A stretch of DNA of 34,255 bases from a virus (IMGVR_UViG_3300038316_000053:1-34255); one strand, 5' to 3'; positions 18,275 to 26,746 are shown, counted from the stretch's first letter. Notes: generated by a model not told the origin, from the sequence alone. Numbers and translations are program-made.

Positions 18275-19362
18275 TGACTTACTTAATAGCATTAGACGAT
18301 GGTCACGGGATGAAAACAAACGGCAAAAGAACTCCTTATATCGAAGAATTTGGACGATTTATACACGAAAATGAATTTAATAGAGAAGTAGTTAGAATTA
18401 TGGATAAAGAGCTTAGGAGGTTAGGATTTAAAACTCTTTTGGTGGCGCCAACTGACTATGACACGCCATTACAGGAAAGAACAGATCTAGCTAATAAAAT
18501 GAAAGCAGATGCATACATATCAATTCATTATGATGCATTTGATGGCACGTTCGAGGGAAAGAACCCGGCAGGTCATTCTCTCCATGTTTATCCTGGATCA
18601 GATAAGAGTATGAGACTAGCAAAGGCTATACATAAATATTACATACAAGGAACAGTACAAAATGACAGAGGTATAAAAGAAAGTAACTTCCATGTACTCA
18701 GAGAAACAAACATGGCAGCAATTCTTTCTGAAAATGGATTCATGGACAATGAAAGAGAAGCTAAATTAATGTTAGACAAAACGTTTCAAAGAGAAGTAGC
18801 TATTGAACATGTTAGAGGTTTATGCGACTATTTTAATATGAAATACAAAGTTGGAGATACGTCTGACATTAAGCTAGAAGAGGGCGGCGTATATAAAGTA
18901 AAGAATGGAGATACTTTGTATAACATCGCTAAAAAACACGACACAACGGTAGAAGCTATTGTTTTATTAAATAAAATAGTTGATAGAAACTTAATCATGG
19001 TTGGTGACTCTCTGAAAATCCCAAAAGCAACTACTGCGGTGAATGATGATCCTATACCAAAAAATAAAGTACAACAAAATCAAGAAAAAGATTTAAAAGT
19101 AGATGGTTACTGGGGACCAGCGACAACAAGAGAATTACAAGGTGAATTTGGTACACCACAAGACGGAAAAATCTCAACACCTAAATCTATGCTGATAGTA
19201 GCAATTCAGAAATATTTAGGTTTACCTCAAACGGGTAAATTGGACCCGACGACTATTAGAGGTATGCAGAAACACTTCGGAACTCAGCAAGATGGGATTA
19301 TTTCTAAACCTAGCATGATGGTAAAGGAAATGCAAAGGCGACTTAATCAAGGTAGATTTTAA
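18274..19362 (+). CDS. Endolysin: Amidase_3 + LysM + C-terminal peptidoglycan-binding repeats
   Basis: IALDDGHG, HENEFN, ISIHYDA, ILSENGFM; YKVKNGDTLYNIA LysM; VDGYWGPATT repeat. Confidence 0.93.
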   Translation: MTYLIALDDGHGMKTNGKRTPYIEEFGRFIHENEFNREVVRIMDKELRRLGFKTLLVAPTDYDTPLQERTDLANKMKADAYISIHYDAFDGTFEGKNPAGHSLHVYPGSDKSMRLAKAIHKYYIQGTVQNDRGIKESNFHVLRETNMAAILSENGFMDNEREAKLMLDKTFQREVAIEHVRGLCDYFNMKYKVGDTSDIKLEEGGVYKVKNGDTLYNIAKKHDTTVEAIVLLNKIVDRNLIMVGDSLKIPKATTAVNDDPIPKNKVQQNQEKDLKVDGYWGPATTRELQGEFGTPQDGKISTPKSMLIVAIQKYLGLPQTGKLDPTTIRGMQKHFGTQQDGIISKPSMMVKEMQRRLNQGRF

Positions 19363-19434
19363 ATAAAGAAGAATTTTGCCAGAAAACATTCGAACATAAA
19401 ATATATATTATATGGAAGAAATAAATTAATAAAG

Positions 19435-19484
19435 TGATACTTAAATCCACGGTCAGCACCCCCAGACCGTGGGTTATGGTATCA
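19435..19484. other. Putative attP for the large serine integrase (may double as a bidirectional terminator)
   Basis: 50-bp imperfect palindrome TGATAC-N6-CCACGGTC-AGCACCCCCA-GACCGTGG-N6-GTATCA, 3 bp from the integrase stop; centre at CC 19459-19460. Confidence 0.7.
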
Positions 19485-19487
19485 TTT

Positions 19488-21011
19488 TCATTTCAACAAC
19501 TCTATACTGATCTTCTGCGATTCAGAGTCCCAGGAGATTGATTCTACAATGGTTTTAATATTATATCGACGCATCTCTACATCATCATCTAGGCTTAAAA
19601 AGTTAGTGATTTGGTCGTGGAGCACGTCGATATTTTTACTATCTAGGTTCTCGATAAAATTAGCACGTTCTAATTTCAGTAGTTCATTCTTCAAATTATT
19701 CGTTTCTAGAGTAAGTTGTTCTATTTTTTTGGTAACAAACTCCGATGCATCATTAGACAACACCATTAGCTTATCTATTAGATTATTAATAGCAGCAGTA
19801 TTATCTTTAATCCTCTTTTTTAACTCTTTAATTTTAGAGGATTGATCATTATTAACGTTATTAGCTAGTACCTTTTCTAATTCCTCTTTATCTAATAATC
19901 GCTCTAAAAACTCTATCACTTCACATTCAAGTTTTTCTACTCGTATGGTCCTATTCTTACAAGATGAACTGTCTCGAGCGTTAGCACTGCATTTAAAACG
20001 ATGTGGTCTAGTGCCGTCTTTTCGCACGTTACCAGTATCCACAAACATACCAGATCCACATCTACACTTAACCAATCCTGCAAGCCAACTATTTTTACTA
20101 TCGACAGGTCGCGGTGATTGGTACCGTTCTTTTATTCTCTGATGTGTCCTGATCCAAAGATTAATATCAATTACTGCCTCGTGGGTAGAGACACCGACAA
20201 TCTTATCCCCTACATACCGAACACCATTCTTACGAGGCCTACGATTGTAGGGAAGAAAGCCACAGCCATTAGGCTCACCATAGACCTTATAACCATTTCT
20301 CTTTAACCAGTGGATACTTTCATCACTTGATATCAGATAAGTAGGGTTCTTAATAAGGTCCAGTATAGTATTAGTGGGATAGTTATATCCATTCGCCTTA
20401 AAAAAGTTGTATATTTCCATAGGAAAATAACCATCTGCATACATTTCAAATATTTTCTTAATATTACTTAGTTCTTCATTAGGTACTAGATACGATACTT
20501 GTTTACCATTAACCAGGTCCCTTTCAGATTTATATCCTTTAGGTGGGCTACCACCAGACCAGCGCCCTAATTTAGCCAGTTCGTGCATATTATCCCTTAC
20601 CCTTTGGGAGATATTCATCCGTTCCATTTCAGCAAAAGAAGCAAGTAACAACATCATCATTCGACCTGCGGGAGTACTAGGGTCAAAACCTTCAGTAATA
20701 CTCACTAGCTGTACATTCATCTTATCAAGTTCATCAAAGATATTTACAAAGTCCACAATATTCCGAGCAATTCTATCTATTTTATAAACTGCTACTATAT
20801 CAAACTGTTTAAACTTTACTAACTCCATCATTCGCTGAAAATCAGGACGATTGATATTGCCACCACTAAACCCCTCATCTTCAAAAACTTCAAAGGCGCA
20901 TTTATCTCCGTATTTTCGCTTAAAATACTCCTTACACATCTTAATCTGATTCTTGATACTTTCCCCTGTATCAGTTTCTATAGACTTTCGACTATAAATA
21001 GCAATTTTCAC
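19488..21011 (-). CDS. Large serine recombinase (integrase, SpoIVCA-like)
   Basis: IAIYSRKS catalytic Ser, DEGFSG...RP, DRIAR, recombinase domain, Zn ribbon CRCG...C...C, coiled coil. Confidence 0.95.
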   Translation of the reverse strand: MKIAIYSRKSIETDTGESIKNQIKMCKEYFKRKYGDKCAFEVFEDEGFSGGNINRPDFQRMMELVKFKQFDIVAVYKIDRIARNIVDFVNIFDELDKMNVQLVSITEGFDPSTPAGRMMMLLLASFAEMERMNISQRVRDNMHELAKLGRWSGGSPPKGYKSERDLVNGKQVSYLVPNEELSNIKKIFEMYADGYFPMEIYNFFKANGYNYPTNTILDLIKNPTYLISSDESIHWLKRNGYKVYGEPNGCGFLPYNRRPRKNGVRYVGDKIVGVSTHEAVIDINLWIRTHQRIKERYQSPRPVDSKNSWLAGLVKCRCGSGMFVDTGNVRKDGTRPHRFKCSANARDSSSCKNRTIRVEKLECEVIEFLERLLDKEELEKVLANNVNNDQSSKIKELKKRIKDNTAAINNLIDKLMVLSNDASEFVTKKIEQLTLETNNLKNELLKLERANFIENLDSKNIDVLHDQITNFLSLDDDVEMRRYNIKTIVESISWDSESQKISIELLK

Positions 21012-21029
21012 TTTATTACCACCTATAAA

Positions 21030-22409
21030 TTAATTATTTATTGAATCAGAGAGTTGATTATCTCCAACTAATTCTACAAACTGAGATTCATCAATAATCT
21101 TTATTCCGTATCCTTCATCTATAAGTTCGTAAGCTCTTCTCTCTTTAGTACTCATACCATCTTCACCTACGATAGATTTATTTTGTTCGCCTACAACTAC
21201 ATAATCAGTATTTCTACTAACAGAACTTTTTATATTAGCTCCACAATTTTTAGCAAGTTGCATGGCTCCTCTTCTTGAGATGGCTGGTAAGTCACCAGTG
21301 AACACAATATTCTTATCAAAGAGGGGATTATTTTCATCAATATTAGATACAGTAGTTTGAATATCATTAACACTAACAGAGTCAAACCTGTTACTTTTGC
21401 CAAATCTTCTTTGAGGTTTCAAATCAATAAACTTCTTAGGAGATAAGCTGCTATAAGTAGACAAATATGTAGAGAATGACCGACGTCTTTTTTCTTTAAT
21501 ACAACTTAAAACCAACTGAGCACAAGCCATAGCATCAGATGATGCGTCGTGATGATTATCCAGAACTACACCAAATCTTTCTGTTCGTTCCTTTAGAGAT
21601 TTTCCGACACCTTCACCACTGCAAGCACAAGTAGAGATAGGTATGCTACATAAGTATTCAAATTCAGGAATTGGGATACTATGATCAATTAAGCAAAGTT
21701 TTAAAACGGACATATCAAATACTGCATTGTGAGCTATTATCATACTATTGTTATTAAAATAATGTTTAATTTGCTCCCAAACATCTTTAAAGGATGGCGC
21801 ATTTTTAACGTCATTAGCGATAATCCCGTGGATTTCTATATTTTTTTCTTCAAAACGCATTTCAATCGGTTTAATCAATGTGCTAAATGTTTCTGCGACT
21901 TCATTATTTTTAACGGCAACAAGTCCAATAGAACAAGCACTTCCGTTATAGCTGTTAGCAGTTTCAAAATCTATAGCGACAAAATCAAAAGATAATGAAG
22001 TATCAATATTATTAGAAGAATTATCTTCATTAAAAATAGGTTCTTTATTGTCTACAGGAATTTCTACATTTTCTGTAGAATCTTTAATACTAGAATTATT
22101 TTCAGGAATAATGACATTTTCCTTAGTTATCACATCGTTGTTTTCTTCGATCACATGATTTTTTAGGTTAACATATCGAAAACCAATATAAGCTGGAATA
22201 GATAAAATACCCAAAAGAGCAGCTAATAAATTAGCACTAGAACTCTCTACGTAAGTAACATCAAAAAATACGAAAGAAAATATAAAAATCCCTACAAATA
22301 ATAAACTAGTATATTTACGAGTTCGATTCACAATGAGAGTTGGCTTAATTAATCCAATCAAAAAACCAAATATACTTGAAATTAATAGTCCAAGAAAAAA
22401 GTCTGACAT
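21030..22409 (-). CDS. Membrane-anchored DEDDh 3'-5' exonuclease with C-terminal BRCT domain
   Basis: Three N-terminal TM segments; IDFETAN, HNAVFD, HHDASSDA; FTGDL...GA.....VS..TDYVVVG BRCT. Confidence 0.85.
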   Translation of the reverse strand: MSDFFLGLLISSIFGFLIGLIKPTLIVNRTRKYTSLLFVGIFIFSFVFFDVTYVESSSANLLAALLGILSIPAYIGFRYVNLKNHVIEENNDVITKENVIIPENNSSIKDSTENVEIPVDNKEPIFNEDNSSNNIDTSLSFDFVAIDFETANSYNGSACSIGLVAVKNNEVAETFSTLIKPIEMRFEEKNIEIHGIIANDVKNAPSFKDVWEQIKHYFNNNSMIIAHNAVFDMSVLKLCLIDHSIPIPEFEYLCSIPISTCACSGEGVGKSLKERTERFGVVLDNHHDASSDAMACAQLVLSCIKEKRRRSFSTYLSTYSSLSPKKFIDLKPQRRFGKSNRFDSVSVNDIQTTVSNIDENNPLFDKNIVFTGDLPAISRRGAMQLAKNCGANIKSSVSRNTDYVVVGEQNKSIVGEDGMSTKERRAYELIDEGYGIKIIDESQFVELVGDNQLSDSINN

Positions 22410-22430
22410 AAAAAATCCTCCTTATAAAAT

Positions 22431-22461
22431 AAAAAAAGACCCCACGAATTTTATTAGGGTC
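22431..22461 (-). terminator. Terminator after the repressor
   Basis: Minus strand GACCC...GGGTC followed by T7. Confidence 0.55.
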
Positions 22462-22467
22462 ATTTTC

Positions 22468-22947
22468 TTAAGCGTCTTTTTCTTCGATGTCGGGTAATGC
22501 TGATGACATTATCCCTTTTTGCTCTGCTTGTAATTCTAGTTTGTAATCTTCTAGTTCTTTATTTATGTAATCCTCTGTAGTCATTGCAGTTTCATTATGA
22601 TTGTCAAAAATTGATTTAAAATGAGATATTAAAGTTTTGCGGATACTTGAATCCAAACCGATGTAACCTTTTATAATATCCATTTCCAAATCGGACAAAT
22701 CACTTTGTTTTGCGTAATCATCAAGAGAAAATGTGGAAGTTTGTACAAACATCTCATCTTTGCCAGTACGGAGCCATTTTTCACTAACATTAAAGTGAGA
22801 GCAAATCAATTTAGATATGTGATCTTTTAGTTCAACTCTTCCTAATTCTATATTGGAAATAACATCACGACTCAGACCCAATTGATCGCCAAATTCTTTT
22901 TGGCTATAACCTAAAGTTTTTCTTAACAATTTCAACCTTTCTTCCAA
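22468..22947 (-). CDS. CI-like XRE/HTH repressor (no S24 peptidase domain)
   Basis: TTG start with SD AGGAGGTG; RLKLLRKTLGYSQKEFG..LG.S...ISNIE.G, FNVSEKWLRTG. Confidence 0.9.
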   Translation of the reverse strand: MEERLKLLRKTLGYSQKEFGDQLGLSRDVISNIELGRVELKDHISKLICSHFNVSEKWLRTGKDEMFVQTSTFSLDDYAKQSDLSDLEMDIIKGYIGLDSSIRKTLISHFKSIFDNHNETAMTTEDYINKELEDYKLELQAEQKGIMSSALPDIEEKDA

Positions 22948-22968
22948 AGGATATCACCTCCTACATAG

Positions 22969-23058
22969 ATAATATTACACATAATTGCGTATGTCAACAC
23001 AAAAAACAACAAATAATTAATATAAGGTGTTGACATACGCAAAAATATAGATTAAAAT
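22969..23058. promoter_or_regulatory. Lysis/lysogeny switch: back-to-back sigmaA promoters with a 16-bp inverted repeat
   Basis: Rightward TTGACA 23030-35, 17 bp, TAAAAT 23053-58; leftward TTGACA 22997-92, 17 bp, TATTAT 22974-69; TTGCGTATGTCAACAC (22985-23000) / GTGTTGACATACGCAA (23027-23042). Confidence 0.85.
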
Positions 23059-23105
23059 GAGTATAACAACACAAATAAAAGAATGTTAAACAAGGAGGAA
23101 AAACA

Positions 23106-23354
23106 ATGGAAACAGCGAGGTGGAAAGAGATGAAAAAGAGAAACAAAGCGGAAGACAGAATCGTAGTAATTGATGGAGAAGAATATCGGATAGACAAAGA
23201 TAATTTTCTTTACAATATACGAGAAGAAAAAAAGATAGAAGAAATGCTAGCACAGAACAGAATGATACATGGACGCTTTGACTATGTGTCAATCATGACA
23301 ATAGCTGTAATTATACAAATGATTGCATTTTTAATTACGGTTTTAACGAAATGA
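23106..23354 (+). CDS. Hypothetical protein with C-terminal TM helix
   Basis: SD AAGGAGG; first gene of the early operon. Confidence 0.6.
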   Translation: METARWKEMKKRNKAEDRIVVIDGEEYRIDKDNFLYNIREEKKIEEMLAQNRMIHGRFDYVSIMTIAVIIQMIAFLITVLTK

Positions 23355-23658
23355 TTTGTACAGAATGTAAAAAAGCAAGGATAGAGATAATCAGACTTAT
23401 AATTGATAAAAATCTTGGCAGTCTATTATATTTATAGTTGAAAAAAGCATTAATACCCTTATCGGTAACTTTATAATAATTGGTCGGGGTAGTAATGGGT
23501 GCCCCAAATGGATCATGGCCGTCAATGTCAGGAACATTTTCAATGTACTGATTATATAAAAGAAAATTACAATTTATAGATTTTTTATTTAGTTTAATTC
23601 TTTTGAATTTAGTTAGATACGAAAGAATTAGATATTGCCTATAAGAAATACCTTGCAT
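23335..23658 (-). CDS. Moron-like hypothetical protein with C-terminal TM helix
   Basis: Own promoter TTGTCC-17-TAAAAT (23709-23681, extended TG), SD GGGGAG, likely ATG 23658. Confidence 0.65.
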   Translation of the reverse strand: MQGISYRQYLILSYLTKFKRIKLNKKSINCNFLLYNQYIENVPDIDGHDPFGAPITTPTNYYKVTDKGINAFFNYKYNRLPRFLSIISLIISILAFLHSVQIISLKP

Positions 23659-23731
23659 AGAATTCACTCCCCTTTACAAGATTTTATCATAGGGGTAGAA
23701 GTAGGACAAATAAAAAGAGAGGTGAAAAGAA

Positions 23732-23884
23732 GTGGAAACATTCTTAAATAAAAAAGAGAAACCAGATGTAGATGAAATGATTAAGTTCTTAAAAACTCTT
23801 TCCAAAGAAGAGCAAAAAGAAATTAACGTTTTCCTACAAGGTATTAAATTTGCGAAGAAGTTAGAGTGTGAGAAAAAACATTAA
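23732..23884 (+). CDS. Small early regulator-like protein, 50 aa (not in ORF track)
   Basis: SD GAGGTG, GTG start: METFLNKKEKPDVDEMIKFLKTLSKEEQKEINVFLQGIKFAKK... Confidence 0.65.
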   Translation: METFLNKKEKPDVDEMIKFLKTLSKEEQKEINVFLQGIKFAKKLECEKKH

Positions 23885-23900
23885 GGAGAGGTGAAAAGCA

Positions 23901-24146
23901 ATGAACCAAAACAAATTAGTTTTAGAGGAAGTAGCAAAAAGATTAGAGAACTTTAAAGATTGTAAGGGTCTAATAATTATAGGAGTAGAAAAAGATAATA
24001 CAGCAAAAGAAGAATTTATAAAGATTAAAAGAATGATGAAATATAACACGGATGACATCAAGATGATGGCTGTAGAGATAAAGGAAAAAGGGGCCTGCAC
24101 TTACATGGTTACTCGGAAAGTAGAAAAGTACAGGCGGGGCCTTTGA
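23901..24146 (+). CDS. Hypothetical protein
   Basis: SD GAGGTG. Confidence 0.6.
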   Translation: MNQNKLVLEEVAKRLENFKDCKGLIIIGVEKDNTAKEEFIKIKRMMKYNTDDIKMMAVEIKEKGACTYMVTRKVEKYRRGL

Positions 24147-24157
24147 AACAATTAGAG

Positions 24158-24352
24158 TTATTCGTCAGAATTAATATCGTCAATGCACTCAAAATCTATC
24201 ATCATGTCGCATTCACCGTGTGCAGAAAAATGTAGGCAAGCAGGCAGTTCTTCGTCAGGCTCAAGAATAGTTACATCAACGAATTCATAACCAGCAGAAG
24301 ATAATTCTTTTGCCCTTTGCAATAAATCAGACACCCTTATAGTAATTTCCAT
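24158..24352 (-). CDS. Small acidic moron-like protein, 64 aa
   Basis: TGgTATAAT extended -10 at 24376-81, SD AAGGAGGTG, ATG 24352. Confidence 0.7.
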   Translation of the reverse strand: MEITIRVSDLLQRAKELSSAGYEFVDVTILEPDEELPACLHFSAHGECDMMIDFECIDDINSDE

Positions 24353-24441
24353 ACGTAGCACCTCCTTTCATGAAAATTATACCACATGGAAGGACAAGTA
24401 AGATAAAGCAATAAACAAATAAAAAGAGAGAGGTGAAGAAG

Positions 24442-24603
24442 ATGAGTACTGTGGTTAACTTGGCTATTTATAGCATTTTAATATGGTTCATATGTGACTT
24501 ACAAAAACAAGTCAATGAAACCAATAAAAAGCTAAATAACATTATCTATAACATAGATGATAGCTTCCTTGAGACGGTCCCTAAAGGCATTAAGAAACAA
24601 TAA
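24442..24603 (+). CDS. Small membrane protein, 53 aa (not in ORF track)
   Basis: SD GAGGTG; MSTVVNLAIYSILIWFICDLQ... Confidence 0.5.
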   Translation: MSTVVNLAIYSILIWFICDLQKQVNETNKKLNNIIYNIDDSFLETVPKGIKKQ

Positions 24604-25080
24604 AAATAGCCACCAAATAAAGCTCAACAATAAATTAGAAATTTTAAATGAAGTCTTATTTGGGTCGAGGTTTAAATATAACAATACATTTTTAGGTAGG
24701 AAAAGTATTTGTTCTATCCAATATAGTGGACTAAAACATTCTTTAATACGTAATCGGTAAGTCCCAATAGCTTCATCAAACATCCTTAGAGCAGCACTTA
24801 CATGGCTTTTATGAAGATTTGGAAAATTCAAAAACACACTAGCACTATGTGTACTAATATAACCGAAACCAAGAGGTTCAGCACTTGCAATTCCTAAATC
24901 CTTAACACTTGCCCTTTTAAGGAGTTCAATAATCTCACTTTTGTAAGTATAAAAATTGGGGTCAAGATTCTTAATCCAAGATTTATATTTAGTTTGAAGA
25001 CTATTAGTTCTCATAAAGAAATAAATATTTGATGTTAGTTTAAAGACAAAAAGAAATATAAAAAAATATATCAATTTCAT
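24532..25080 (-). CDS. Moron-like membrane protein (N- and C-terminal TM), 182 aa
   Basis: Promoter TTGTAT-17-TATAAT (25154-25126); SD AAAGGGG; ATG 25080 rather than 25215. Confidence 0.7.
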   Translation of the reverse strand: MKLIYFFIFLFVFKLTSNIYFFMRTNSLQTKYKSWIKNLDPNFYTYKSEIIELLKRASVKDLGIASAEPLGFGYISTHSASVFLNFPNLHKSHVSAALRMFDEAIGTYRLRIKECFSPLYWIEQILFLPKNVLLYLNLDPNKTSFKISNLLLSFIWWLFLLFLNAFRDRLKEAIIYVIDNVI

Positions 25081-25245
25081 TAGCATTAACCCCTTTAAAT
25101 TTAACTTGGCAGAGCCTGTATTTTGATTATAGAAAAATATTGTAAGAAATACAAATAATAAAGAGAGGTGAGAAAAAACATTAATTAGAGGGATAGGACA
25201 AATTAAGGTTGTCATAGACTTTATAAAAGAGGGGAGGTGCTTACT

Positions 25246-25404
25246 TTGAAATATGAAAATATAACCGTTGAAGTACTTAATCCTGAGATGCTACCAGAAG
25301 CATCTCGGAGATTTACACGAGTAATGTATGAGTCTTATAAAAAACATCTTATAGAAAAAGAGATTAAAGAGCTAGAACAGAAAAAGGAAGTAGAAAATAC
25401 ATAA
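25246..25404 (+). CDS. Small protein, 52 aa, candidate recombination directionality factor (not in ORF track)
   Basis: TTG start after GGAGGTG; MKYENITVEVLNPEMLPEASRRFTRVMYES...; sigmaE-like promoter upstream. Confidence 0.55.
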   Translation: MKYENITVEVLNPEMLPEASRRFTRVMYESYKKHLIEKEIKELEQKKEVENT

Positions 25405-25421
25405 GTAAGGAGGATAAGAAA

Positions 25422-25667
25422 GTGGAAGAAAACAAGAAAGAACGTATATTTTGGCAAGAATTCAAAGAAGACGAAGTTGCGTTGATACTAACTGCACTAA
25501 ACACCGAGATAGTAGATATGAAAAAACTTAAAGTAAAATCTGAAGAACATAGGGATTATTATACTAAAAAAGAAAATGATCTTAGACGACTTTATGAAAA
25601 GGTTCTAAATGGAAAGATAAATAAAAAAGAGTTGCCAGGCGACCAAACCATAAAGGCAACTCAATAA
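25422..25667 (+). CDS. Hypothetical protein
   Basis: SD AAGGAGG, GTG start. Confidence 0.6.
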   Translation: MEENKKERIFWQEFKEDEVALILTALNTEIVDMKKLKVKSEEHRDYYTKKENDLRRLYEKVLNGKINKKELPGDQTIKATQ

Positions 25668-25711
25668 AAATACTTCTCTATTATTTTAACACAAAGGGAG
25701 TTTTAAGTTAA
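25623..25711 (-). ncRNA. Putative short antisense RNA (promoter plus terminator hairpin)
   Basis: Minus strand TTAACT-17-TAAAAT with extended TG, then GAGTTGCC-loop(TTTGGTCG)-GGCAACTC-T6. Confidence 0.5.
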
Positions 25712-25762
25712 TAGATTAAAACTCCTTACTTAAAAAAATGTACAGGCCAAGGAGGAAATTAC

Positions 25763-25969
25763 ATGAAACAAGAGAACTCACAAGCAAGCGAATGGAAAGT
25801 ATCATCGAATCCGATAGGAGGCAAGATGCTTTACCAAGCTTACCGAATAATAGACACCCGAAGAACGGATCATTCGGGGAACCGTGAGAATCAGGGAGGA
25901 TTTTTAGAGGACAGAGAAGAAGCGCAAGCCATTGCAGATGCATTGAATAAGAGGGCTCAAAATGAATAG
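25763..25969 (+). CDS. Conserved phage hypothetical protein
   Basis: SD AAGGAGG; WKVSSNPIGG...YR..D....HSGNRE motif. Confidence 0.7.
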   Translation: MKQENSQASEWKVSSNPIGGKMLYQAYRIIDTRRTDHSGNRENQGGFLEDREEAQAIADALNKRAQNE

Positions 25970-26198
25970 TTACTATTTCACATTCGGAAGCGGACAGATC
26001 TTCCCGGGAGGCTGGGTTAGAATCCTTGCCAATTCTCTTAAAGATGCCCAACAAAAGTTTAAAGAACGCTATAAAGAAAAAGCCTATGAGCACGGTCTAC
26101 TACGTTACTGTTTTGCATATACAGAAAACGAATTTTACGAAACGGACATGCTACAAGAAGGTAACTTAGGACATTACCAGTGGGAAACTATTTCATAG
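25962..26198 (+). CDS. Conserved phage hypothetical protein
   Basis: YYFTFGS...GGWV.I.A motif; overlaps the previous gene. Confidence 0.7.
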   Translation: MNSYYFTFGSGQIFPGGWVRILANSLKDAQQKFKERYKEKAYEHGLLRYCFAYTENEFYETDMLQEGNLGHYQWETIS

Positions 26199-26220
26199 AA
26201 AATAAGAGGAGGACAAGTGA

Positions 26221-26400
26221 TTGAACATAGCTACAGCAATAGAAATTACAGAACGTAGAATGAAGGATTATATGGAAACTCAAGAGGATTTAAAATCAAA
26301 TAAAGAAATTGTTGCAAATCTAGAAAACGATATCTGCGCCTGCAAGATTGGGATTAGATGTATGCTCTTAATAGAGCGAACGGAATATGATATGAGGTGA
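26221..26400 (+). CDS. Hypothetical protein, 59 aa (not in ORF track)
   Basis: TTG start after GGAGG; fills the operon gap. Confidence 0.5.
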   Translation: MNIATAIEITERRMKDYMETQEDLKSNKEIVANLENDICACKIGIRCMLLIERTEYDMR

Positions 26401-26404
26401 AAAA

Positions 26405-26593
26405 ATGGGACAAGCATACAAAGAATATTTAATTAAATATAAGACAGCCGGTAGCAATATCATTAAAGAAATCACACTACTTCGGGCCCCAAATCCAACA
26501 AAAGCAAAGCAAAAGGCTATTGAGAGATTAGGGGAAGAAGGGCTGAAAAACGTAGAGATCATAGCAATATACGATAGGGGGAAAATACATTGA
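26405..26593 (+). CDS. Hypothetical protein
   Basis: SD GAGGTG. Confidence 0.6.
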   Translation: MGQAYKEYLIKYKTAGSNIIKEITLLRAPNPTKAKQKAIERLGEEGLKNVEIIAIYDRGKIH

Positions 26594-26742
26594 AACACCC
26601 TAAGAAACTCACAAGACATGAGAAGACCTTATTAACCCGTGAGGATCTTGACTATGAAAAGTGGCTAGCTGTAAAGAGATTGCCAGATGATATCTTATTC
26701 GTAAATCGTGAGACGGATGAACAAAGATGGATAAGGAGATAA
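26590..26742 (+). CDS. Small phage protein (DUF6906-like; not in ORF track)
   Basis: TTGA overlap; MKHPKKLTRHEK.LL....L....WL.VK. Confidence 0.65.
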   Translation: MKHPKKLTRHEKTLLTREDLDYEKWLAVKRLPDDILFVNRETDEQRWIRR

Positions 26743-26746
26743 AAAG

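Noticed and set aside
19381-19405. CGAACAT as a possible LexA (SOS) box
   Set aside because: Only a half-site is present; there is no GTTC partner at the right spacing.
19452-19466. attP centre reads SGGAD on the minus strand, hinting at the target gene
   Set aside because: Five codons are too few, and serine integrases need little attP/attB identity.
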